Made by a program: the position numbers and the translations under genes
In this document: one piece after another, positions 9,102 through 16,836 of the stretch
How the letters are laid out: every line of letters starts with the position of its first letter
Position numbering within the stretch: the first letter of the stretch is position 1
Source: Actinomycetota bacterium
Lineage (GTDB): Bacteria; Actinomycetota; CADDZG01; JAHWKV01; JBOGWP01
DNA length: 64,000 nt
Assembly (NCBI GenBank): GCA_050693875.1
Contig: JBOGWP010000095.1
Location: 9,232 to 73,231, forward strand
Reading direction: 5' to 3'
The notes under the pieces: model-generated
Database searches by the model: none
Told to the model about the DNA's origin: nothing
What the model saw: the letters and a program-made list of their open reading frames with translations, nothing else

Positions 9102-10805
9102 CTACCTCCCGGTCTCGGCGCGCCTCGCGGGCGACGCCGACGGATGACCCCGGCGGTGGCCGTTGGCCGAGTCGGGGGCGCTCAGTCGCCTGCCCCGCCG
9201 CGGCGGCGGGTCGGGGCTCTCGGCCTCGCCGCGCACGTCGGCGAGCAGCAGCGGCGGAACTTTCAGCGCCGTGATGGAGGGGGACGTCCCGACCGTCTCG
9301 GAGGCCATGTCGAGCGCGTCGGCGAACGTGCTCGCGGTACGGAAGCCGAGCCGCGCCACGGTCGACCGATCGGCGCCGACGAAGATGACGTCACCGAGGT
9401 AGTCGAACGCGTGCGCCGCCCAGTACCACATGTAGAAGGGGTGGACGCCGTGGTAGGCGTGGGAGTGCCGGTAGAGGTGGGTGTACCAGGAGTCGGTGGC
9501 GAACGACTCCTCGAACTTGCCCTCGATGACCGCCGGGTCGGTGGTCTCGGCGAGGACCTCGTCGAAGAAGTCGATGTACGAGGGGTGATGGATGTTGTGG
9601 AACTCCCGCGCGACCGGGTGGTACATGATCATCACGCCGCCCCGCCGCACCAGCGGCCGCCCCCGGTACATGTTGAAGAAGTACCCGAGCCCCTCGCACA
9701 CGACGAGGATGGGGTTCATGATCGAATTCACGTTGTAGGGGCCGATGTAGGGAAGTCCCGCCACCAAGATGTCGGCCTGGCCGGACACCTCCACCATCTG
9801 CTGGCGACGGACGGCCTCGAGGGTGCGCTCGTGGACCGCCTCGGTCTCGCCGGCGTTGATCCCGGTCACGCCGTAGGGCGAGTAGATCCTGGAGAAGATC
9901 GCCCGCTTGACCGCGGCGGGCGTGCGGTCGGTCGAGGCCTTGGTGGCGAGGAAGGCCGCCTGATCGGCGGCCGACCATTCCCACTCGCGCTTCTGCAGGA
10001 AGTCGAACGGCGCACCAAAGGTGTGGTTGTTGAGCGTGGTTTCGATCGTGAAGATCTTCAGGTGGTTGGCGAGCAGCTTTCCCATCCGATCGCAGGAGGA
10101 GTGGAGCGCCGACGCCGGCGGGTCCATGTAGGACCTCGAGTGCAGCATCGTGTGGACGTTGTGGTGGTGGCGCAGGCTACGGTACGAGCCGAGGCCGACG
10201 GGGACGCTCTTGTGCCCGCCGTCCATCGCCACCAGGTTGATGTTCACGTAGACGAGCAGGTCGCTCTCGGCGGCGCGCTTGCTGATCTCGACGTCCTCGC
10301 CCTGGTCGGTGGCGCCGATGTAGGTCAGGTTGGGCCGGTCCTCGGCATCGAAGTTGGTGAGGTCGTCGGGCCAGAACGAGCGGAACACCCGCTCACCTAC
10401 CGCTCGCTTGATCTCCGCGGCAGTCATTCGGCGGTGGAGGGAGTTCGCCACCATGAGCTTGACGTTGTCGACGCCGGCCTGGGCGGCGAGCTCGAGCACG
10501 CGCTCGATCACCCGGCCGCGGATGTCGGGGGTCTGCATCGGCGGCAGCGGGAGTGAGATGTCGTCGAAGGCGATCGTGAGGCGCATGCCCGAGCGCAGCA
10601 GGGCCCGCAAGGGCTCCGATCCGTGCGGGTGCTCGAGCGCGTGGTCGATGGCGGCGTCGACGTCTCGGATGCCCGGCAGCGGTTCGGGCGGGTAGACGAC
10701 CCGGCTGCCGAGCGGCAGCTTCTGGAGCCGGAAGCCCTCGCCGTAGTGAAACAGCGTTGGCGGCGTCCGCTCGTCCACCTCGAGCACAAAACCCGGTCTG
10801 CTCAC
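9102..10805 (-). CDS. LarA-like protein (DUF2088 N-terminal domain; nickel-pincer-cofactor 2-hydroxyacid racemase/epimerase family)
   Basis: 567 aa from a GTG at 10803-10805 with a GAGGGGGG Shine-Dalgarno. This GTG lies 14 nt after the upstream ADH stop. The LarA-type segment DGGHKSVPVGLGSYRSL carries the conserved Lys, followed by a His cluster RHHHNVH. Confidence 0.6.
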   Translation of the reverse strand: MSRPGFVLEVDERTPPTLFHYGEGFRLQKLPLGSRVVYPPEPLPGIRDVDAAIDHALEHPHGSEPLRALLRSGMRLTIAFDDISLPLPPMQTPDIRGRVIERVLELAAQAGVDNVKLMVANSLHRRMTAAEIKRAVGERVFRSFWPDDLTNFDAEDRPNLTYIGATDQGEDVEISKRAAESDLLVYVNINLVAMDGGHKSVPVGLGSYRSLRHHHNVHTMLHSRSYMDPPASALHSSCDRMGKLLANHLKIFTIETTLNNHTFGAPFDFLQKREWEWSAADQAAFLATKASTDRTPAAVKRAIFSRIYSPYGVTGINAGETEAVHERTLEAVRRQQMVEVSGQADILVAGLPYIGPYNVNSIMNPILVVCEGLGYFFNMYRGRPLVRRGGVMIMYHPVAREFHNIHHPSYIDFFDEVLAETTDPAVIEGKFEESFATDSWYTHLYRHSHAYHGVHPFYMWYWAAHAFDYLGDVIFVGADRSTVARLGFRTASTFADALDMASETVGTSPSITALKVPPLLLADVRGEAESPDPPPRRGRRLSAPDSANGHRRGHPSASPARRAETGR

Positions 10806-10818
10806 CTCGTGACCCCCC

Positions 10819-11994
10819 TCATGCGTCCAGCCTGGGATCGAACGCCACCTTGACCGCCCCAAGCTTCCCTGCCGAGAAGGCATGGTCGATCGCCTCCCGG
10901 AAGCGAGCGAGAGGATATGCGGCGGCGACGAGCTTGCCCAGCTCCGCCTCGGCGCAGAGCTCCATCGATTCGTCGAACGCACCCGTCCCCGAGTAGGAGC
11001 CGGTGAGCTCCAGCTCGCGGAACCAGGCCGGCGACAGGTCGGCCCCGGCGGGCATCCCGGAGAGCACGACCCGGCCCCCGGCGCGCGTCGCCCGCAGCGC
11101 CAAGTCGAGCGCGCTCGCCGAGCCGGCGCACTCGAAGGAGATGTCGGCCCCCCCCAGCAGGAACGACGAGCCAAGCTGTGGATCGAGGCGGAAGGCCCGC
11201 GTCGAGCGGCGCACCGCGCCGAGGGCGTCGTCGACGCCGACGGCCTCGGCGCCCCAGGCCCGCACGAGATCCGCCTGGCCTCTGTGCTTCGCCACGACGA
11301 GCACCCGTCCGGCCTCGGCGCGCGCCCGCAGGGCGATGAGGGTCAGAAGGCCGACGGAGCCGGCACCGACGATCAGCACCGTGGCGTCGCGCTCGACCCG
11401 CGCCCGTCGGACGGACCGGATCGCACAGGCGAGCGGCTCGACCAGCACCGCGGTCTCGTCGGCCAGGTCGTCGGGCACCCGGTGCATCTGCGAGCGGTGG
11501 GCGACCATCAGCGCGCTCCACCCTCCGCCGGTGTCGTGGCAGTAGCCGGTCTGGAGGCCGGCGGCGAGGTGGCCGGCGGCGACGCGCTCGCAGCGCCCCT
11601 GCTGGCCGGAGGCGCACGGCGGGCAGGCAGGGTCGATCCCGCGGGCGGCGCAGCCGAGGATGGGGTCGATGACCACGCGCTGGCCCGCCCGCAGGTCCTC
11701 GCAGTCGTCGGCGAGGCGGGCCACCACCTCGTGCCCCGGCACGAAGGGCATCGAGACCAGCGCCGTGAAGTAGAGGCTGGCCCCCCCCGAGAGCGTGTTG
11801 AGGTCGGAGCCGCAGATCCCCGAGAGCAGCGGGCGCAGCCGCGCCCATCCCCTGCCCTCGACTCGCGGTTCCTCGCGGTCGACGAGGCGCAGCGGGGCGA
11901 CCGGCGCAGACAGGAGGCCGGGTACCCGCGACGAGATCGCCCGCGAGGCGACGTAGCGCGGGATCGACCGGAACATCTCGACGGCGAGCGTCAT
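10819..11994 (-). CDS. Zn-dependent medium-chain alcohol dehydrogenase (sorbitol/threonine-DH-like)
   Basis: MTLAVEMFRSIPRYV...LLSGICGSDLN...GHEVVARL... and an NAD fold (LIVGAGSVGLLT). Its ATG overlaps the stop of the upstream FAR-HAD gene (ATGA). The upstream part of ORF-track entry 10819..12261 is shadow sequence. Confidence 0.8.
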   Translation of the reverse strand: MTLAVEMFRSIPRYVASRAISSRVPGLLSAPVAPLRLVDREEPRVEGRGWARLRPLLSGICGSDLNTLSGGASLYFTALVSMPFVPGHEVVARLADDCEDLRAGQRVVIDPILGCAARGIDPACPPCASGQQGRCERVAAGHLAAGLQTGYCHDTGGGWSALMVAHRSQMHRVPDDLADETAVLVEPLACAIRSVRRARVERDATVLIVGAGSVGLLTLIALRARAEAGRVLVVAKHRGQADLVRAWGAEAVGVDDALGAVRRSTRAFRLDPQLGSSFLLGGADISFECAGSASALDLALRATRAGGRVVLSGMPAGADLSPAWFRELELTGSYSGTGAFDESMELCAEAELGKLVAAAYPLARFREAIDHAFSAGKLGAVKVAFDPRLDA

Positions 11995-14282
11995 CGGTGG
12001 GCCCGGACGCGCGACGCCCCATCGAGCGACAAGGGCTCGGGCGGAGGCGAAGGGATGAGGATGCGCGGCGTTCCCGGGTCGGCCGGCCACTCCTCCATCG
12101 GCCAGCGGCGCCGGCGGGCGATCCGTTGCAGCGCGACTTCGGCGTTCACCGCGACCGGATGCCCCACCGCTTGGAGGAGCGGCAGGTCGGTCATCGAGTC
12201 GGCGTAGCCGTACGACTTCGAGAGGTCGGCCCCGACCGCCTCGGCATAGCCGCGAAGCCACGAGGCGCGAGCCTCGCCGACCAGCGGGGGCTGATCCATG
12301 TCGCCGGTGAACACTCCGTCCTCGACGCGCAGCTTGGCGCCGATCAGCTCGTCGGCCAGCGGCGCCAGTGGCTCGATGCAGAAGTCGAGCGCGGCGGTGA
12401 TGAGTACCACGACGTGCCCGGCGGCCCGATGCTCACGGATCCGGCGGACGGCGGCCGGGAACGTCCTGCGAAGCACGAGCTCGCCCAGGATCTCGGCCGA
12501 CATCGCACGTACCTGTTCCTCCGGAACCCCCTCGTACAGGCGGTAGAAGCGCCGCAGGAACTCGCCGCGGTCGCGCCGCTCGGCCTTCAGGAATCCCGGG
12601 CCGCGCATCGCCAGCGCGGCGACCTCCCTGAGCCGGCCGCCGAGCCCCTCGACCTCCGACATGCGAAGCCAGAGGTAGGGCTCGAGGACGTTGGAGTCGA
12701 TGATGGTGCCGTCGATGTCGAGGACGGCGAGCACCGGGCGGCCTGGATCCTCGGCGGGACGAAGCTTGACCGTTGGGGTGCCCGGACGGAACGAGGGGCC
12801 GCGCATGGCCTTCGTCACCGCCGGCATGTGGAGCTCCTCGAGGTAGTGCTTCCAGGAGAACGCGGCGGCGTCGAAGGGGAAGTCGCGGCGATCGTCGCCG
12901 GAGAGCGACGCGAGCAGCGCCTGGACGTTGCGGTCGACGTGGATCACCTCCGCCTCGACGTAGGCCCCGTACAGCTCGGCGTAGCGCTTGATGAAATCGA
13001 ACTGGCCGCGGAGCCTGTCGACCCGCTGTGCGGTGTCGCGGGCGAGCTTGTTGCGGGGAAGGCGGGCGACCACCCGCTCGGCGGTGCGAAGCACCTTCTC
13101 CGCAGTCACCATCCTCCGCTGGACCGCCTGCTTCCCCGGAAAGCTCCACTCCGGCACCTTGTAGAAGCCTCGGTTGGTCTCGGGAAGCGGGTGGGCGAGG
13201 AAGTAGCTGCGCGTGTGCTCGTACATGTCCCGGTACTTGAGCGGGTTGCGCGTGCCGGAGCACACCTGGAAGACGGCCCGGCGCTCGCCGGAACCGGCGA
13301 GAGGCCGGGCGGCGGCGGCCAGGAGCGCGTTCACCACCAGGTCGACCGGAATGATGTCGAGCACGCCCTCGGGGATGCCGGCGAACTCAGGGAGGGCGCC
13401 GCGGCCGAAGGCGAGGATCAGCGGCTCCGCCATCCGGAAGCCCTCGATCCAGCCCGGGTGCGGTCGCTCGAGGGCGCTCTCGATGATCGACGGCCGGACG
13501 ATGATCAGCTGGTTGTCGCCGGCGAGCTCGTCGAGCGCCATCTCGGTGAGCGCCTTGGTGAAGGCGTACACGTCCGGCCATCCGAGGCTGCGTGCCCGGG
13601 CGCGCCCGTAGTCGACGAGGCGGGACTTGATCCACTCCTTGCGAAGGTCCTCGGCCCGGCCGGCGATCGCCTGGGGGCCGACCCGGCTGCGCTCGGCTCG
13701 CCCCTGCGCCAGGAAGCGCCGCAACGCCTCCGGGGTGCGCGACTCGTGCTCGACCTCGGCGCGCATCCGCTCGGCGGCCGCAGCCTCGGCTCGCCAGTCG
13801 GCCTTCTTCCCGAGCAGCTCCTCGGTCTGGGTGCCGCGCGTGAGGCCGGCGACGTAGGCGGTGGAGACGTGAACGAACGGACGGCCGGCGCAGCCTTCGT
13901 AGAGGCGCACCGAACCCCACAGGTTCGTTCGGAAGGCGTCGTCGATCGGTGGGTCGAACTGCACCGTGGCCGCGGTGTGGATGACGAGGTCGACGTCGTC
14001 GGCGACCGGCGGGGGCCCTGCGGAGAGGTCCGCGGTGACCATGCGCACCTTCTCCTCGAAGAGCCTATCGATGGCCGCACGCCCGATGCGCTCCACGGCC
14101 GGGTCGAAGGCGGAGCTGTTCTTCAGACCCTTCAGCCGGGAGCTCGGGTTGCCGCGCACTACGAGGTCGAGGCGGGCGACCGGGGTGTCAACGAGGAGCC
14201 GCTCGAGCAGGGCCGTCCCGAGGAACCCCGTGACCCCTGTGAGGAGGATGCGCTTGCCCGCGAGCGCGTCGCGAATACCCAA
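11991..14282 (-). CDS. Fatty acyl-CoA reductase (male-sterility/NAD-epimerase fold) fused to a HAD-IB hydrolase domain
   Basis: N-terminal KRILLTGVTGFLGTALLERL Rossmann fold, ...YAFTKALTEMAL... FAR-type core, and a C-terminal VLDIDGTIIDSNV HAD motif I. TTG start at 14280-14282 with GGGAG 7 nt upstream. Confidence 0.75.
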   Translation of the reverse strand: MGIRDALAGKRILLTGVTGFLGTALLERLLVDTPVARLDLVVRGNPSSRLKGLKNSSAFDPAVERIGRAAIDRLFEEKVRMVTADLSAGPPPVADDVDLVIHTAATVQFDPPIDDAFRTNLWGSVRLYEGCAGRPFVHVSTAYVAGLTRGTQTEELLGKKADWRAEAAAAERMRAEVEHESRTPEALRRFLAQGRAERSRVGPQAIAGRAEDLRKEWIKSRLVDYGRARARSLGWPDVYAFTKALTEMALDELAGDNQLIIVRPSIIESALERPHPGWIEGFRMAEPLILAFGRGALPEFAGIPEGVLDIIPVDLVVNALLAAAARPLAGSGERRAVFQVCSGTRNPLKYRDMYEHTRSYFLAHPLPETNRGFYKVPEWSFPGKQAVQRRMVTAEKVLRTAERVVARLPRNKLARDTAQRVDRLRGQFDFIKRYAELYGAYVEAEVIHVDRNVQALLASLSGDDRRDFPFDAAAFSWKHYLEELHMPAVTKAMRGPSFRPGTPTVKLRPAEDPGRPVLAVLDIDGTIIDSNVLEPYLWLRMSEVEGLGGRLREVAALAMRGPGFLKAERRDRGEFLRRFYRLYEGVPEEQVRAMSAEILGELVLRRTFPAAVRRIREHRAAGHVVVLITAALDFCIEPLAPLADELIGAKLRVEDGVFTGDMDQPPLVGEARASWLRGYAEAVGADLSKSYGYADSMTDLPLLQAVGHPVAVNAEVALQRIARRRRWPMEEWPADPGTPRILIPSPPPEPLSLDGASRVRAHR

Positions 14283-14414
14283 ACCGGCTCCCTGGTGTCT
14301 TTCTACCGAACGGTAGATTATTCATGCGTGGCGGGCGCCGCAAGTTGCGGTTCCCGCCGTCCGGGCTCGTCGAAGGGTGCGAGGGCGCCGGAAGGCCGGG
14401 GCGTCCTCAAGGTT

Positions 14415-14506
14415 CGGGCCACGCTCCCCGCGCCCGCCTCGACGGGGAACCGGACGGGAGCGGGCCACGCTCCCCGCGCCCGCCTCGACGGGGAACCGGA
14501 CGGGAG
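14415..14506. repeat. Perfect 46-bp tandem direct repeat (2 copies plus a 4-nt start of a third)
   Basis: cgggccacgctccccgcgcccgcctcgacggggaaccggacgggag occurs at 14415-14460 and identically at 14461-14506. It lies between the histidine kinase stop (14515) and the FAR-HAD start (14282). Confidence 0.9.
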
Positions 14507-14514
14507 CGGGGCGG

Positions 14515-15729
14515 TCAACGCATCTCGTTCTCGTCGATGCCCAACACGATCGGAACCCTCGCCTCGACCCGGGTGCCTCCCTCCGGGTGCGGGGCGATCT
14601 CGAAGGTCCCCCCGGCGATCTGGACGCGCTCGCGCATCGTCTCGACGCCGTAGTGCCCGTGGCGATGGATCTGCTCGGGTGTGATGCCGCGGCCGTCGTC
14701 GTCGACGATCAGCACCGCCGTCTCCCGGTCGAGCGATAGCGTCACGCACACGGTCCCGGCCTTCGCGTGGCGGACGACGTTGCGGAGAGCCTCCTGCGCG
14801 ACGCGGTAGAGGATCGTCTCCAAGGTCTGGCCGAACCGGCGACCGTGGGTCTCGTCGCGCCACTCTGCCTGCAACCGCCCCTCGGCCGCGATCTGGTCGA
14901 CCATCGCCTTCAGCGTGGCGCCGAGGCCGACCTGGTCGAGGGAGAGCGGACGGACCTCGAAGATGAAGTCGCGCAGAGCCTCCATCTCCTCCTGGATTCC
15001 TTCCTGCATCGACTCGACGACCTCCACGCCCCGGGCAACGTCGCCGCCGGCCAGCCGCATCTTGGCGAGCTCGGCCTTCAGGAAGAGCGCCGTGAGGTCC
15101 TGGAGGAAGCCGTCGTGGATGTCGGCGGCGATGCGCCGGCGCTCGCGCTCCTGTGCCTGGATCACGGCGGCCAGCAGCTGGGTGACCCGTGCCTCCCGGT
15201 CGCGCAGCCGACTGTAGAGGCCGGCGCGCTCGGCGGCGAGCGCGGCGAGGTCGGCGAGGGACTCGGCCAGCCGCAGGTCCTCGTCCTTGAATCGAGCACC
15301 AGTGCGTCGCACGAGGTTCAGCACCCCGACCACCCGGCCCGTCACCGCCATGGGGAGCGACAACGCCGAGCCCAGCCCGGCGTCGACGCCCTCGAAGCGA
15401 TCGTCGTCGACGTCGCCGTGGAGCACGACCGGGTCGTTGTGCTCCGCCACCCATCCAGCGATCCCGTGACCGAGCGGTGTCCGGACGCCCAGCGCTTCGG
15501 GAGGAAGACCGGCCGCGCAGCGGACTTCGAGGTGGCCCGAGTCGTCGAGGAGCATCACCGATCCCCGGTCGGCGGCGAGCGCCTCGGTGAGCAGGTCCAA
15601 GGTCAGGCGCAGCTGGTCCTCGAGCTCGATCGCTCCCAGGAGGGAGCGCGCCACGCGGGCAACGATGGCGAGGTCGCGCCGGTTGCGCGCCGCGTCCGCG
15701 TTGGCTTGCTCCTGGTTCCCGTCAGGCAT
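14515..15729 (-). CDS. GAF-domain sensor histidine kinase (HisKA_3 + HATPase_c; NarL-partner type), orphan
   Basis: A GAF region (LLGAIELEDQL...), an H-box (ERRRIAADIHDGFLQDL) and an ATPase region (VRHAKAGTVCVTLSLDRETAVLIVDDDGRGI). Start taken at MPDGNQ (15727-15729). Starts further upstream would overlap the divergent glucokinase gene. Confidence 0.75.
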   Translation of the reverse strand: MPDGNQEQANADAARNRRDLAIVARVARSLLGAIELEDQLRLTLDLLTEALAADRGSVMLLDDSGHLEVRCAAGLPPEALGVRTPLGHGIAGWVAEHNDPVVLHGDVDDDRFEGVDAGLGSALSLPMAVTGRVVGVLNLVRRTGARFKDEDLRLAESLADLAALAAERAGLYSRLRDREARVTQLLAAVIQAQERERRRIAADIHDGFLQDLTALFLKAELAKMRLAGGDVARGVEVVESMQEGIQEEMEALRDFIFEVRPLSLDQVGLGATLKAMVDQIAAEGRLQAEWRDETHGRRFGQTLETILYRVAQEALRNVVRHAKAGTVCVTLSLDRETAVLIVDDDGRGITPEQIHRHGHYGVETMRERVQIAGGTFEIAPHPEGGTRVEARVPIVLGIDENEMR

Positions 15730-15802
15730 ACGGTCTGAACTTCGTCCCGGGCCCCGGCTCGCTTGAGCGTCGGCGGGAAGCCGCCTCGTATACTCGCCGT
15801 CC

Positions 15803-16735
15803 ATGCCGCTCGCCGCCGCAGCCGACGTCGGTGGGACGAAGGTCTTCGCCGCCCTCGTCGACGACGCCGGCTCGATCCACGGCGACACCGTGGAGATCGC
15901 CACCGATCGCGCTGCGGGCACCGCCTCGGCGATCGCCGCGCTCCAACGACTGCTCGAAATGAACGGGGAGAAGGTGCAGGCGGTCGGGGTCGCTGCCGCC
16001 GGCTTCGTCGAGCACCCGCGGGGCCGGATCGCGTTCGCTCCCAACCTCATCTACGACCGGCCGGAGCTCCGCCAGGCGGTGCACGAGGCCCTTCTGCTTC
16101 CCACCATCGTGGAGAACGACGCCAATGCAGCCGCCTGGGGCGAAACCCGGTTCGGTGCGGGCCGGGGGACGGCCGAGGTGCTCATGCTCACCGTCGGGAC
16201 CGGGATCGGCGGTGGCATCGTGACATCGGGTCGGCTCCACCGAGGCGCTCGCGGTTTCGCCGCCGAGGTCGGGCACATCAGGCTGGTGGAGGGGGGGCCG
16301 GAGTGCGCCTGCGGGCAGCGCGGGCACCTCGAGGCGCTCGCGTCGGGGTCGGCGATCGGCAGGATGGCGCGCGAGGCCCTGGCCAGAGGTGAGACGTCTC
16401 TCATCACCGAGCTCGCCGACGGCGGTGAGGTCTCCGGAGCTCTGGTCACGAAGGCCGCGCTGGAGGGTGACGCGCTGGCCAGGTCGGTCCTCGAACGCGC
16501 GGGTCGGTGGCTGGGGATAGGGCTGGCGAACCTCGTGAACGTTCTCGATCCCGGGCTGATCGTCATCGGTGGGGGCGCCGCGGTGGCCGGAGCGCTGCTG
16601 CTCGATCCCGCCGCCGACGAGCTCGCCATCCGGCTCGAGGGGCGCCGCGAACCGCCTCCGATGACGCAGGCGAGGCTGGGCAACCGCGCCGGGGCGATCG
16701 GAGCGGCGTCGCTTGCCCTCGAGCTCACGGGCTGA
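15803..16735 (+). CDS. glk: ROK-family glucokinase
   Basis: ADVGGTKVFAALVD..., ...LTVGTGIGGGIV..., and the zinc motif CACGQRGHLEALASG. Confidence 0.85.
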   Translation: MPLAAAADVGGTKVFAALVDDAGSIHGDTVEIATDRAAGTASAIAALQRLLEMNGEKVQAVGVAAAGFVEHPRGRIAFAPNLIYDRPELRQAVHEALLLPTIVENDANAAAWGETRFGAGRGTAEVLMLTVGTGIGGGIVTSGRLHRGARGFAAEVGHIRLVEGGPECACGQRGHLEALASGSAIGRMAREALARGETSLITELADGGEVSGALVTKAALEGDALARSVLERAGRWLGIGLANLVNVLDPGLIVIGGGAAVAGALLLDPAADELAIRLEGRREPPPMTQARLGNRAGAIGAASLALELTG

Positions 16736-16836
16736 AGCGTCACCCATCGGGAGAGCCGCTCGATCTGGACACGTCGGGCCCCCGCCGCCAGAATGAGCGC
16801 GGCCGCCTGCAACGATCGTCGACGGAGGGACATCGC

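Noticed and set aside
8385-10556. 723-aa forward ORF
   Set aside because: It is antisense to the PlsC and LarA-like genes and has no domain content.
14415-14506. Possibility that the 46-bp repeats are a CRISPR array
   Set aside because: There are only two contiguous copies. There are no spacers, no cas genes, and the units abut directly.
11997-14684. 895-aa forward ORF
   Set aside because: It is antisense to the FAR-HAD gene. Its apparent internal amino-acid repeat is just the 46-bp DNA tandem repeat translated.
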